A DNA stretch of 64,000 bases from Novakomyces olei (lineage: Eukaryota). This document shows positions 1-13,469 of this stretch, piece after piece; within the stretch, counting starts at the first letter, position 1; each line of letters begins with the position of its first letter. The translations under genes were made by a program, and so were the position numbers. A model generated the notes under the pieces. The model was not told the DNA's origin. It did not search any database and worked only from the letters and a program-made list of their open reading frames with translations. The stretch lies in NCBI GenBank assembly GCA_016906335.1, contig JADEYG010000012.1, positions 930,001 through 994,000 of the forward strand, in the 5' to 3' direction.

Positions 1-804
1 TAGAGTTCCCGGTCTAGATGCCGTGTGACGTTTGCATCAACTTCCGTAAAATCAGACACAAAAAAGCTCGTTGTGCCTTCGTGCTCATCAAACATATCTG
101 GGAAAAGTTTGAGCCAAGTATCGTCGCCATAAAAGTGCAAACTGCCTTGTCTATTCCATAGCTGTCGAAGCCACGAGTCTTGGTTTGCCAAGGTTGACGA
201 GCGATCACCTTCGGCTACGTTCAGAATAGCATCGAGAAAGTTTGGTATTGATCCAGTAGTTAAAGCCTTGATTCGAGGAAGGGTGACTGTTGGTGGTAGC
301 GCGTATGCAGTAAAGCCTACCCCGTGGCCTTTTTCAATGAGTCTGTATTGTCAGCTGCATGCGGGAAAGACGGGAAAGACTTTGCCAAAATTGAAGCAGC
401 TGGACAACTTTTGTGGGGGAAAAAGCAGAGCAATCAAGAGTCATGTGAAAAAAGGCAGCTAGCAAACACTGCGATTATGCTGTAAATGTAATTTGTAAAA
501 CATGACAGGAAATTTTGATTCTGAAGCTTACCGTTGCACATTGACTAGTCCGTCTTCGCCAAACATGAAATCGCTAATTATTAGCCTTTGTTAAACGTGC
601 TCTTTACCTTCGAAGCGCATCAATCACCATAAACACTAAACGGTTGAAACGTGGGGGCAATTCGAGATGTGAGTCATAATCGTGCAAAGACGCGATTCCT
701 TCGACTCCTGGTTTGTAGGGAAAGAATCCAGAAGCAAATATTATTATCCCCAATAGCTGAATTGCGTACGCAAGCCATGCTATTGCCCATCTCCGTCGCT
801 TCAT
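1..804 (-). CDS. GPI7: GPI ethanolamine-phosphate transferase 2 (PIG-G), 5' part; runs off the window start; 2 introns seen
   Basis: N-terminal TM then GFFPYKP...FNRLVFMVIDALR; manually spliced exons give DFMF...PPTVTLPRIKALTTGSIPNFLDAILN...FYGDDTWLKLFP...SFFVSDFTEVDANVTRHL. Confidence 0.93.
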
Positions 805-1002
805 GACAGAGTTAATTCATTCATTGGGCTTTTTGTTTTATTTATTTTATTCTATTATTCTGGTATTGCATCTATAATTCTACTGTAGTTATTATTGAAT
901 AGTATCGATTTTCTGCATTTGATGTTTGGCTTGAGATAAATTTATCTCGCCAGAAAATTAAAAAAAAAAAATAATAATAACAAATATAGGCTTGTCATTA
1001 GC

Positions 1003-1656
1003 ATGGACGCAGATCGAGAGCCGGCTCCAGTGGAAATAGACGCTGACACGGAGAAAATCCAAATTGTATATTTTGGCTTAATTTTATCTCTTTTTAACAA
1101 TTTTTTTTCTAGCTCGATGGCCATTCTGCAGACTTGCGCTCGGCGGCTTTTCAAATTGAAAAGGAGGATCATACCCTCGGGAATTCGTTAACATATATGA
1201 TTCTTAAAAAGTATGCTACCTTGTGATCAAAAGGTCTATCAAAAAAAATATAAAGAATCCTTTGTTGTTCAGTTCGATAATGAGCTGCTTTTCACATTTC
1301 TTATCTTAAAACTATTTTTTAATATATTTTTCATGTCCTGATTGCTTCGCTGTTTGCGGTCTTTCAATGACTAATGGATTGTGCAGCCCGAAAGTAGAGC
1401 TTTGCGGATACACGATGCCACATCCTTCAGAAACACGGTTAATTTTACGTATACAAACTAAAGAAGGTAGCTAGTATCGCATAAAAATATTCACTTGTGC
1501 TTACTGACCTTGCAACTTCCAGGCTACACTGCTGTTGATGCCTTATTAGAGGGGCTTGACAATTTAAACGAGCTGTGCGATCATGTCAGTACAACATTTT
1601 CGGACCGTATGAACGCATATAAGCAAGGCCAGACTTCCGCAATGGATGAAGACTAG
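1003..1656 (+). CDS. RPC19: RNA polymerase I/III shared subunit AC19; 3 introns
   Basis: Spliced exons give EKIQI-LDGHSADLRSAAFQIEKEDHTLGNSLTYMILKN-PKVELCGYTMPHPSETRLILRIQT...AVDALLEGLDNLNELCDHV; stop TAG 1654-1656. Confidence 0.93.
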
Positions 1657-1799
1657 GCAAATTATGATTCCCTACCTGTTGATACTAGAGAGTTATCTGT
1701 CAAACAATATATTTTGCTTTTTTTTTTTTTTTCATTATAGCCTATATCTATGCAGTAAACCATCCGCGCATCTATTTCTTTATATGCCAATCTACAAAA

Positions 1800-2925
1800 C
1801 TACCTGTTTTTAGCCTTATCCCGACGATCAGATCTCCTCCTTACAGGCGGCACTTCAGGCTTCTCCTCGACGCGGCGCAAGTCATTCATGTACATATATC
1901 GACTCAAGAAAATCCAACCCCATCGGAACCAGACAAGCTGTGACACATGGCCTCTTGTCATAGCCAGGATAGCGCGTACAAAAGTCCCCGGGTGAGCGAG
2001 GACCAGTATACGATCGCGTAGAATGGCCTGTCGAGCTCTCCGTGACCAGCGATTTGATCGGAGTGATTCAATGTAAAAGCTTGTAGTGTAGAGCAAGACA
2101 GACGAAACGAGATCTAAGAGTCCAAAATATTTGCGTAACAGACTAGTGGTAATAAGTTCGAATACCACAGGCTTTGGCTTCGAACGCTCACTGAAAACAA
2201 GCGCACCTTGCCGGCATGATCGGTGGTTTGCATGACCAGAAATACCGTATTTATCAAAAGTCAATATCTTGGAATTAGATACAGGGCAATAATAAAATTA
2301 AAATATAATAAACCACTTTAAAGACACAAAGAAATGGGCCAAAAAAACGTTCAAAAGCATTGACAATGGACGATGGGACAAAGACTTGTGCTGAGAATCT
2401 TGAGCATATGAAAAGGATCAAAATCATTAAATTAAAACAATGAAACTCAAATAATTATTAGGCCATTCAGCATTGTAAGGCAACAAAAGAAAAAGCACAT
2501 ACGACGTCTGGTAACGGCACAGCCTTTGCTTTGACTAAGGAAGAAAGCCTTTGGGCAATAGTGCCAGCATCCCATTCATAGCCCGAGTCCTGAAGAGCAG
2601 CATCGTCGAGTACTTGGACATGGGACGCGGGGATGCCGTGAAAAGCACAGGCACGAATCATTTCCTTTGCTCTCTTTTCCCCCAGACCATCCCCGTTCCC
2701 ATTGCTGAGACATACTACATGCAAAGTTCCTTCTTGCTGAGCCAATTGAAGAGTCGGGGCGAAAAACATAGACTCATCGTCGGGATGAGCAATTAGCAGC
2801 AGAATTTGTTTGCCCTTGATAGCTTGAATAGAAGGCGATCTATTTACCGCCGCCAAACTCAAGTACCATACAATAGGGAGAAACGCGATTAATCCCCATA
2901 CAATGGTGATCACTAAAGACCACAT
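1800..2925 (-). CDS. GPI12: GlcNAc-PI de-N-acetylase (PIG-L); one intron ~2268-2502
   Basis: LLLIAHPDDESMFFAPT and VCLSNGNGDGLGEKRAKE in exon 1; ILTFDKYGISGHANH and HVSQLVWFRWGWIFLSRYMYMNDL in exon 2 (joins ORFs 2467-2991 and 1800-2264). Confidence 0.95.
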
Positions 2926-3250
2926 ATTACGGCTGTGACCAAAAGTTTTGGTCAATTTGGCACTGCCAAAGCGCCTGCAGCGCTTATTCAATACGTACTT
3001 TTCGCGTATTTATTGACCAAAGTTTGCAGCTACACACTAATCAAAGCCCAATTATCCAAGTAACACTATACGCATAACGGCACACGCTTCTATCATATAA
3101 AATAAAATTTGGCAAGCAATGTTAGGTGCTGGCTGCCGATTTCGTACATATAAACCGCATTCATGCAATCGTGTCCCAAACAAAGATCCCCACAAGAATC
3201 CGCTCAGTTCGATTTTCTCAGCAGTAATCACTGTGCTATTAAAAACGGAA

Positions 3251-3816
3251 ATGCTTCGCAGCCAGTTTCGTCAAGTCCTTCGCGTCGGCGCGCCCAGAGT
3301 AAGTTTTCACCTTGTTTTTACAATATATTTTGCTGCACAGATGAATTTAGATCAATTCTAATCCAATTTATTAAAGGCGCAATTCAGTACCTCACGTGCA
3401 AGCCGTGAGGCCTCGATTCAAATTCGCGGCACTTTGGGCGCTGATCCCGAGATTCGCGAAGGCAACGAAAAATTCTATGCTACGTTCCCTGTCGCAGTCA
3501 ACTCTCGCCGGGACGGGCCTCCAGATTGGTACCAGTGCACGTTTTTCAGCCCTCGCTTGAGCGAGCCTGACTACTTTAGTGCGTTCAAGAAGGGGTAAGA
3601 GCTTTGTAAATAAACTGCTTACACAAATATAGCTCCAGCGTTTACGTGCAAGGCAGATTGCAAGTTAGTCGTCTTGAACGTGAGGACGGAACCGTGAGCA
3701 CAAGCTTGCGCGTATTGGGATCAGCTAGTAAGTCTAACACAAATGTATAGTACGCTAATGATTTAGAACCTTTTCTGTTGGCTAGGACCACTCCTGTTGC
3801 ACAGGCCTCTGCTTGA
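3251..3816 (+). CDS. RIM1: Mitochondrial single-stranded DNA-binding protein (SSB/OB fold); 3 introns
   Basis: Arg-rich presequence MLRSQFRQVLRVGAPR, then IRGTLGADPE...FPVAVN...PDWYQCTFF...FKKGSSVYVQGRL from manually spliced exons. Confidence 0.85.
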
Positions 3817-5166
3817 GCGGCTTCCACTGTTTCAAGAGCTAGAGACAAAATTGCGCACACGAAATAATTTTATGTGCTTTTGATCTTGATAGTTTGATTT
3901 TCTGTCTTCCTGCGCAGATCTACCATGAAGCGCTTCCATGCTATTACGCCAGTCTTTTTGGCGTTGTAACCTAGATGCTCGTTTAATAAGATGCTATTTT
4001 CAAATCAGCTATTTCAATTAAATTCTTGTAGGGTTTTGTACTCAGTCGTAATTATCAAAGGTTGTGCTGGCTAAGGCAGAGATAGAACTAGTGAGAAAAC
4101 CAGTATAGGCACTTGATGGAATGAATCGTTTAAATTGAATTTTTGCTACGAGTTCTGACTTGTGGTGGTTTGGACCGGAAATTTCTTTGCCTTTAAGTCA
4201 AGATGCATCACTTTGATCCCTCTTTTGTGTTCAATTAATCCTTCATATTTTCAGCATAAAAAAATGTCTTGTTTTTCTTTCACATTACAAAAACTTGATA
4301 TAAGCCAGTCAAGTATTCTTGATCAATAAAATGTAAATTATAGAATATATAAAGCAAATACCTTGCTATTTGTGCTGGTCTTCTCTCATTCGAGCCAAAC
4401 CAGCGGTTAGGCATTATATTTGAGAAGCCGTTGTGGAATCTACTCGTAGAACGTATGCATGATTAGCTAAATCTTTTGTAGAGCGATGCGTTTGAATTAT
4501 AAAATTTGTTGAATTTGGGAGCGCTGAGAAGAAGATGAACTAGTCACTTTGAAGTCTAAAGAGCAAACGACACGTATCTATTGGGCCTAGTATTTGGTTT
4601 TACACACAGGACTAACGTCGTAGTGAAGAAGCTACAGTCAAAAAAATATTTCGATTATTTGAAAATCGCAAATGGCTTGCCTGTGACATTATTCCCTGCG
4701 GCCGATTTCGTCCGCAGGAAGGGGAGGTATGGCCAAATGTAAGCTCCCACGTTCGAAGACTCACAGAGTGACAGAAAGGATTGTAGAACAATAGACATTT
4801 TAAATTTATTTAAAGCTTTCAAAGACTACTTGACCGTCTATAAAGGGCTCTCTGCTCGTCGTCAACAGACGCATATAATTAGTTTTTAATTTATTGGACG
4901 GACTGAATTAAATTAAACTGTTTAATTCCAATTCCTTGTTTTACTTGATTTCTTTTCTAATTTAGTTTTCAGTTTCTAAGAGTATTATAATATACACAAA
5001 GCATTCTGCTCTAGTAACCGCCAATCACGTGCCTGTATAATGAATACAAACCCTGAATAACCCTATTACTGTGTCTTGCACGAAAAAGACAAATGCGTCT
5101 GCTCAGGCACTCGTGACATCATAAACCCTTTACTTTTTGTGCCGGGCCTTGGAGCAAAGCTTTGCC

Positions 5167-6989
5167 ATGGCGCGCGATTATGCGGCACTCCACGATCCGC
5201 ATTTACTGCTTACGTGGCCACTCATAGCCCTCTATGTCCTTTTGCAAAAATTCATCTCCCTGCTCTTTTCTCCATCGCGCCCAAAACCAGGAGATCGGCT
5301 GACGAGAGGCCGTGTGGCCGTGATTGGTGCCGGTATTACCGGTGTATCGAGCGCAACGCAGCTAATTGCCGCTGGCTATGACGTAGTCATTTTTGAAGCT
5401 GCGTCCGATGTTGGAGGTATTTGGGAGAGGGTCAATGCCGGATCGGGCCTGCAAATCAATTCGTTAATGTGTAAGCCAGCGATATAATTTGTATTCCGCT
5501 AACCTATACAGACCGGTTCCATCCCTCTGTTATCTTTACTCGCAGCTACCCCAATCGAGAAGAGATCCTTAAGCAGGTCCACAAGGTATGGAAGGACTAT
5601 GAGCTGCCGGAAAAGACGCGATTTAAAACGCGAGTGGAATCGGTTCGACCTGCAGATGGTGTAGATGCTTTTCAAGAAGGCCATCATAAATGGGTCGTTA
5701 ATGGCAATGAAAACGAAGTATTTGATGCTGTAATTTCGTGTATTGGTACGTGTGGAGAGCCTCTTATGGTGAGCTCAGACACGGAAGACCAATTTAAGGG
5801 GAAAATTGTTCATTCGAGCCAAATCGATAAACTCGACATTGATGGCAAAGACGTTGTTATCGTCGGGGGCGGAGCTTCTGGAGTCGAAGCTATTGAGTAT
5901 TGTGTGAATGCTAAAGGCGATATGAAATCGTGCTCGCTCATTTCTCGCGATGATAAATGGATCATTCCTCGCAGCCTCTTTGTCGATGTCTTGCTCAGTC
6001 TTCCCATTGCCCCCATGCAATCCCTGCTTAACTATGCTCCTGAATGGCTACTGAGGTTTTTCTATTACCGTGATCTTTCAGACCTGGCGCCAAAGCACTC
6101 ACTCTACGGATCCACACCTTGCCTTAACGATGATGTCCTTGATTATATCCGGCAGGATAAGGTTAATTATGTAAAGGGCGAATTTGAGGGCTATACAGAA
6201 TCTGCTGTAATATACAAGGAGCGAGGGAGAGATACGAAGCGTGAATTGCCGGCCGATGTTGTCATTCTGGCAACTGGGTTTAAACGACCTCAGGCTGATT
6301 TTCTACCTCCAAAGCTACTAGCAGAGCCTTACGCACCTCCAAACCTGTTTCTTTTGTTTTTCTGTGCCCGTGATGCTAGTGTCTTGCTTATGCATACTTT
6401 TCGTGACGCTATCGCCACGGCCGGACATTTTCAAATAGGCATGTACACTCGTGCTCTCATCATGTTTCTCACGGACCCTGGCACAATGCCCAGCCCGCGA
6501 GCAATGCAGAGATGGGTCGATTTTATTTGCTGGATAAAACGTGTTTCCCATAATACACGAAGCGATTTAGGCTTTATTACGTACGGTGAATTGATCGCAT
6601 GGTTTCTACTGCTGCTGGTTTCGAACCCATTACGCGTTGCGTGGGCATTCTACGTTTTGTGTGGGTGGACAGGCCCACGCCCGCTGCGGGATAAAACGCG
6701 TTCTTCTGCGCCTTCTAATTCAAGCTACGCATCGGCTGTCAAGAATGCAGGTTCCCCAAAACTTAAAAACAGAAAGCAAAGAAGCAACAGTAATGGCAGC
6801 GTTGGTAGCAATGGCAGTAATAGCAGTAGCGGCAATGCACAGTCTCCACGTAAATCCTCCCTCCGCCGTCAACGCAACACTGCACCAGCAACAACGGCGC
6901 TTTCAAACTATCCGACATATTCAACACCGCCTTTGGAAGAGGCTAGTTTTCATGATGCTCAACCGCAAAAGTACAGCATGCAAAGATGA
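5167..6989 (+). CDS. Flavin-containing monooxygenase-like protein; one intron ~5471-5510
   Basis: VAVIGAGITG (FAD), GGIW, FKGKIVHSS (FMO motif), VVIVGGGASG (NADPH), VILATGF. Confidence 0.9.
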
Positions 6990-7422
6990 TTAGTTGTATT
7001 ACTTTTAAACAAGACCCTGATACTGTTTATCTGCGGGTATTTCTGTCTATAGACTGTTTGCCAGCAACGCGCGTGCTTTGGCTTGATTGTATAGTATAAT
7101 TATGCTGCTAGTATTGCTTTATTCGGCTTTTATTAACTGACAGAGAAACTTTGGAGGTTATCCCAGTAAAACAAAGCAAAGCGAATGTAATGAGACTTTA
7201 GTGATAGCCGACTGACGGCTGATATGTTACTTGACAATTCTCCAGATTCGGCTCTCGCCGAACGAACGTTATCAGTGAGAGTAGTGGTAGAGAGCGATTG
7301 CACGAAAAAGGCATTAGTGCCATACTTTGACAATCAGCCTTGATCAATTGCTTCACTGTTACTCTTTTGTTTTGCAGCAGTGGTAGTCGTGTAATTTGGT
7401 CCAAGTTAGACCGTGTCTTGCC

Positions 7423-8690
7423 ATGCCTGATTTCCCGCAGTTTGGGCAGAAAGCTTCAGGCACTCTAGAGCCGAATCTGGAGCAATTGCACGAGTACAAG
7501 GATTTTCCCACTCATGTCGCCGGTCCGCGAGTATGGACGCGGGAAGCAATGGAAAAGGCAGAGGCCCAATGGTCGCGTGAATGGACGGCTAAAGAATTGC
7601 AAGAACTTGAACAATCTGCTCGCGCCTTTGAAGCGAGTGGAGTCGCGATTGAATCAATTTCGCCTTTGAATTTCGTCCTGTCGCCTTTGCTGAAGAGTGC
7701 CGTTCGTGACATTAAGGAGCAAGTCGTATCGGGACGGGGGTTCGTACTATTGCGCGGGTTTCCCGTTGACCAATGGGGTCCGCGGCTCACTGCTATCATC
7801 TACCTCGGAATCGGACGGCAATTAGGCGTCTTGCTGCCGCAAAACGTGAGTGCCACAGGGAAACAATTGAAGCACATTTATCATTCATATGCTATCACAC
7901 TAATCATTTGAAAATTGCCTTTGATTCAAATTATATGAAATATTATTTGAAATATCTGTTTTAATTACAAGCCAAAGGATTGCTCTAACGACAGAAATCT
8001 GGAGACCTGTTGGGCCATGTACGTAACTCCTTTACGGGAGTGAAAACGGCAGAGACACGTTTGTACAAGACAAACGATGCTCAACGCTTTCATTGCGATT
8101 GGCAGGATATAGTAGCATTACTCTGTCTTTGCAAATCCGTCAGCGGTGGGGAATCACGGATCGTTTCTAGTGCTCATGTATACAATGTCCTTCAGAAAGA
8201 ACGGCCTGACGTCGTACGTACGCTCACACAACTGTGGTACTTTGACCGTAAAGGCGAGCACTCGGAAAACGAGCTTGACTGGATGCGCGCACCGATTTTC
8301 ATGTGGCATAAAAATGAACTTATTACCCGGTGGGATGCGTATTTTGTGGAAAGTCTGGACCGGTATATTACTGCTGGTGTTCTTCCAGACCTTAGCAAAG
8401 CGCAGAGAGAAGCAATTCAAGTGTTGGAGAGTACGGCACGAAGAGAGTCGCTCTTGATGAAGTTTGAAGTTGGAGATATTCAAATGCTTTGTGACCATTC
8501 TGTGCTGCACGCTCGTGAGGCTTTTACAGATCCAACTGACCCTGCTTTAGGGCGGCACTTACTAAGGCTCTGGATTGCAGTACCGCCCAGTCAAGGCGGC
8601 TGGTCTCTGCCTTACCCAGATGATGATTACAGCAAGAGAGGCGGCGTCCAGGTCGATGATACTCCAGAGACTGTTGTACTGCCTAATTAG
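7423..8690 (+). CDS. TauD/TfdA/clavaminate-synthase-like Fe(II)/2-oxoglutarate dioxygenase; one intron ~7846-7993
   Basis: GRGFVLLRGFPV, PQN|KSGDLLGHV, FHCD (HxD), GGESRIVSS, GDIQMLCDHSVLHAR, RHLLRLW. Confidence 0.9.
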
Positions 8691-8910
<220 letters not shown>

Positions 8911-9050
8911 GTGATTAAAATAAAAATAGAAAGCGTGTATATTAGTTTCAGTATACGTTATATTTGCTCTACATTGTATTTGTTCTACAATGTATACGTT
9001 TTATTTATTTACCAATAATTATCCAATTATAAATGCCGAGATACCTATGT

Positions 9051-10325
9051 TTAAAACTTGTAGTACGTTTGAGGTGTGCCTGGCACTGAGCCCGCTGCAG
9101 TCACGATGGGCTTCTCCTCAACGAGCTGAGTAGTAGAGACAGAAGAATTTGCGATAGATCCACAGTACTTTGCCGAAGTTGGGGTGTACATATCGTGCGC
9201 ATCAGCATCGCCGTTTGATGCGAATGGGTCTGTGCGATAAGATACGACAACGGCCTCTTTATCCTCGCTGTCGGCCATTTGGCCAGTAGCGCGCATGTCG
9301 CTATTTCTAAAGCTCTTAATATGCCTATTGGCCCCGTACGGCTCTGTGTCGCTAAACTGCTCGTTGTCCAGAAACCTTTGCAGCCCCGGTACACGATGCA
9401 ATTGCAGTGCTCTTGCCCAGCTGCGATAGAGCACGAGAGCGTCCTGCCCGAGTCCGAAAAAAATAAAAAAAAGGTAGGCTGAGACTACGGGGATCCACGT
9501 CGTGAGAGTGATCATTGTCGGGTCAAAAGTGCCCGAGGGTAAACGCAGGATCGTCTTTTCCAGAGGCAGTCCCACCCATTGGTGAATACTGGCCCAGGAA
9601 AATGCGTAAAAGCGCATAGACATATTAACAGCGAATATGTATATACTCACGGGGAGGTAGAACGCTATAATAACAGACGCAAAAACCATGAGCCTCAGAA
9701 ACATGACAGAGGTGAGGGCGGCGCTTTGTGGCAGCAAGGCAGCCATGTGCCTTCGGCGCCGGTAAAATCGATACAAGACAAGGCCTGTGAGGAACGCTGC
9801 CAGCAAAGCCATAATGGGGGGCCATACTAGTTGCAAGAGCACAGCCAGCCAATCGCTGTCGACGGTGGGAAAGCACCCGTACCCGCCGTAGATAAGGTAC
9901 CGTGCGGGCTGCACTATATAATGAGTGCCCATAAGCCAGACAGGTCCGATGAAACTGAGGCCCAAGTCAATAGCGGTCTGCCTTTTCTTGAAAGTCTGAG
10001 TCTGCCGAGGCGCTTGTGGGTCCATAATTACCGCCAAGTACCGGCAAATAGCACAGCAGGCGCCACAGACGCCCGCGTAGTAGGCAATATTGACTTTAAT
10101 TGCAATATCGCACCATACACGGCCGCTCCATTCAGTATAAACGCTCGACACTGAAGCGTCCCTGCCCCAGATACAGGTGTCGACAAAGTATACGATGTTT
10201 TGGACAGTGACCCAGAAAATTAGGCACAGGGGACCAGTGTTGCGCTTGCGAATGTGCAGGGCAGTAGGAAGGATGCATAGGGCAATACTAATGCCTGAAA
10301 GAACGAGGAATACTGTGCCGGCCAT
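9051..10325 (-). CDS. STE3: Ste3/Map3-family pheromone receptor (7TM GPCR for lipopeptide pheromone)
   Basis: Seven hydrophobic segments; W-x-G-x-VWCDIAIK, CICRYLAVI-like segment, HYIVQPARYLI...GCFP, FLRLM, FFIFFGLGQDA. Confidence 0.95.
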   Translation of the reverse strand: MAGTVFLVLSGISIALCILPTALHIRKRNTGPLCLIFWVTVQNIVYFVDTCIWGRDASVSSVYTEWSGRVWCDIAIKVNIAYYAGVCGACCAICRYLAVIMDPQAPRQTQTFKKRQTAIDLGLSFIGPVWLMGTHYIVQPARYLIYGGYGCFPTVDSDWLAVLLQLVWPPIMALLAAFLTGLVLYRFYRRRRHMAALLPQSAALTSVMFLRLMVFASVIIAFYLPVSIYIFAVNMSMRFYAFSWASIHQWVGLPLEKTILRLPSGTFDPTMITLTTWIPVVSAYLFFIFFGLGQDALVLYRSWARALQLHRVPGLQRFLDNEQFSDTEPYGANRHIKSFRNSDMRATGQMADSEDKEAVVVSYRTDPFASNGDADAHDMYTPTSAKYCGSIANSSVSTTQLVEEKPIVTAAGSVPGTPQTYYKF

Positions 10326-10370
10326 GCTTGAAATTCTAGGAATTTGGCCTGCAAACAGGAGGAATTCGCT

Positions 10371-10430
10371 CCTTTATAAAGGACCTGGCTTTATAAAGGA
10401 CAGGCCTGATTTTATAAAGGACTTGGCCTG
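10371..10430. promoter_or_regulatory. Three tandem TTTATAAAGGAC units 46-105 bp upstream of the STE3 ATG
   Basis: Copies at 10373, 10390 and 10411; the first lies in the palindrome CCTTTATAAAGG; function inferred. Confidence 0.55.
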
Positions 10431-10560
10431 CCTGCCACTGCCCTGGCAGCCTTTTTAAGCTATTAAACTCCCTCATTTTGTCCTTTGCCGGGTTTACTGC
10501 CTTGATGGCAGGCTTTGCAAGACAATACCGCCAGAGTTGTTCCTTCGACTCGGGTCAAAA

Positions 10561-10576
10561 TTACCGGTTTAGGATA
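10561..10576. promoter_or_regulatory. Candidate MADS-box (Mcm1/Map1) site upstream of STE3
   Basis: TTACCGGTTTAGGATA fits TTWCC-N6-GGWAA with one mismatch. Confidence 0.45.
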
Positions 10577-10947
10577 CATATGGGGAAGATTTGATAAGGC
10601 CCGTATTATTACGGAATTATACTGTGTGACACAGCGTCTAGAGTATTATTGATCTGCTATGCGCAAGCCAATCATATTCGCAGTTTGCTAATAGGTGAAC
10701 GGGGCCCGTCGATTTAACAAGTGGCATTATTAATATTAATATTAATATTAATAGTATGAATGTTGAGCGACTATTCTTTGGATGGCGGCAATCGTAATCG
10801 ATGACGATTTGATTAAATTACGCTAAGCAGAATTTGTGGAGAAAATTTGTGAAATGCAGCACTATCCCATTCACTGAACGCGGTAGCGCGACACACGTTT
10901 CCAAATTACAGCCACCGTCAAAGTTGCCATACAATAGTAATAAGCAC

Positions 10948-12979
10948 CTAATTTTCTGTTGCTGAACAAGCAATGGCATCGTCCACCGTAAACCTATACT
11001 TCTTCTGGGTCTGTACCATATCGAGAAACACGAGATACTTTGCATCCAGCAATTGCCTCTCTTGCGCCAGTTCTGTGGGGTAGACAACATCGCCCACTTT
11101 AGACAACCGGGCCATTACATCCCACAGACTATTGCGGCCACCAGCAGCGGCAACAGCCCCACAAAAAGCGGCTCCCAGAACAACAGCGGCATCAATATAC
11201 TTTGGCATTACAACAGGCAGCCCCGTACAGCTGGCGATTAGATGTGTGAGCATTGTATTTTTACACTGTCCACCAGACATGAATATTTGCGTTATTTCAT
11301 GTCCACACGCGTTCATTGACGAGATAATATGACGCGTCTGTAAGCCAATAGCCTCCATTGCCGCATAATAATTCGTTGCTAACGCGTCAACATCGGCATC
11401 CATTCCGAGGCCGACTATACAGCCACGCATCCTAGGATCGGCTATAGGCGAGCGATTGCCATGGAAATCAGGATACATGTACAAATGACGCATTAGGTAA
11501 GCCACGAAGGGCGCTCCACATTCCCTTTGGATGGCAGTTAAGCGGTTATTTAAGTACTCGTATACGTCGCACCCGGCCGCCTTGGCGGCAGCCACGGCAG
11601 TTGGATAAGCGGCGTGAGAAGTTAGTATGTAATGTAACAAGCTGCCAGTGGCACTCTGGCCGCCCTCTGCCAGCCAGTAGCCGGGCAGCAATACATCCTT
11701 GTACGGCCCCCACACGCCCGGAACGAATATGGCATGGTCGGCCCCCACCAAGTGGCACGTGCTTGTACCCGCGACAGCGGCAATACGGTGGGGTATTGCC
11801 GCAATTCCATCATAATCTTGGCCCCCACCTAAAGTATACTCTCCCACTTTGGCCCCTACAGTGCCGACCCAACCGGCATAGGCGTCGATTAGGCCACTGC
11901 CTACTGGTGTGCCTGTTAGCAGACCCATCTGTGCTGCCGCGGTGGGGGTCAGACCCCCCACCACCTGGCCGGCAGTCAGGACTGGCCCAGTGCCACTCAG
12001 CCGACTACAGTTATCGGCCAATAGTTCTTCCAAGCCGAGATTGATTAAAAAGTCTTGATTCCACCCGTCTGCGGAAGCAGATCCGTCTGCGCCAGAGGGC
12101 ACATAACCCATTTTGCATACAAGTGAGCAGTTGCTACGTGCCTCGCTCCCCGTGGCCAAATGCGTAAGGCAGTCGGCCAAGTCGTAAAACTTGAGCCTGG
12201 CAAATTTGTCGGCCGGCATATTGTCTTTGAGCCATAGTATTTTAGGCATTTCCATCTCGATTGACATTATGCCCCCGACAAAACGTAACAGGCTGGCGCC
12301 CGTTGCGTTTATACGATCCGTTTGCGTGTGCGCTCGATGATCTGTGCATGGTCAGAATTGTGGGGTTAGTTTAAGAATTGAATTAATAATTAATTAATAA
12401 CTAAATAATTAAATTAATAATTAATTAATAACTAAATAATTAATTAAATAATTAATTATTAGTTTATTGACTGTCTTTTGACAATGGCAACTATACGAGC
12501 CAATGTACCAGATACTGTACCAGGCACGAACGCAGTAATTCAAATATAAATCGCGACTGATGCATCCTTACCGGCCCAAAGAATAACATTTCGACGGTTA
12601 TCCGTGAAACTTGGCCCGCTGACAGAGGCAGAATTGCTCTGTTTATCCAACACTGCTAAAGAGCATGTTGCATCGATACCGATTCCTTTTACTGCTGAAG
12701 GCTCACAGCCGACCTTTTGTATAATCCGCCCAACACTGTCGCAGATTGCGTCCCAAATATCGTCAGTTGATTGCTCCTTGTTCCAGTTAGCCGTCTACAA
12801 AGCAAAACTACAATAAAGGAATATGAGCAAATATAAACCCTTACATAGATATCTGAGCCCTCACGCCATAATTTAATATCTTTAGAGGCGACGGCACGAA
12901 TCTCTCCGCTTTCGTCGAGCAGACAAGCTCTCGCGCTTCCGGTGCCGACGTCAATGCCGACATAGAATTCTGGCTCCAT
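10948..12979 (-). CDS. FGGY-family pentulose (D-ribulo)kinase, YDR109C-like; 2 introns
   Basis: YVGIDVGTGSARA, EQST, GIGIDATCSL, MSIEMEMPK, GTSTCH, GVWGPY, EGGQSATG, PDFHGNRSPIADP, SGGQCKN. Confidence 0.93.
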
Positions 12980-13469
12980 TACAGGAGGCCGTATTGACAG
13001 GAAATAGTATATATAGGACTTTTAGATGTCACTGCTGCGTGGGTATTACATAATATATTAAATGTTTGACGCACGCTGAGATTATCCTGTTACGGCCATT
13101 TTGCGGGGAAAGCTACGAGCTGTGCGGCTACATAATTCTAGCTCAGGGTTAGGGTTTATTATTTTTATCTGGTGTGACTTTTAGATCTCAATACATCAAA
13201 AGCACGGAGAAGCGTGAGAAATTAGCGTTATGTTTCAAATTGGAGTAAGTCAGCTGCTTAAAATCATTGATGTGACACTTTGGCGAAAAGGATTCACAAT
13301 TTGTGACAGCTGATTGCTTTGGAGCAAACACAACAGCACTTGAATATGTTGACCGTACTAGATTACAAAAGTGATATTTTTTAGACTATTTTTAAATAAG
13401 AAACTAGATTATTTTTGAATGAAAAACAAGCCGAGCGAACGAGCAATGGCCCTAATGCTTAAATACAAA

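Noticed and set aside
13074-13110. GCTGAGATTAT resembling the fungal TPP riboswitch J3/2
   Set aside because: The downstream CUUGAU..AUAAU half is absent and the strand is opposite to the neighbouring genes.
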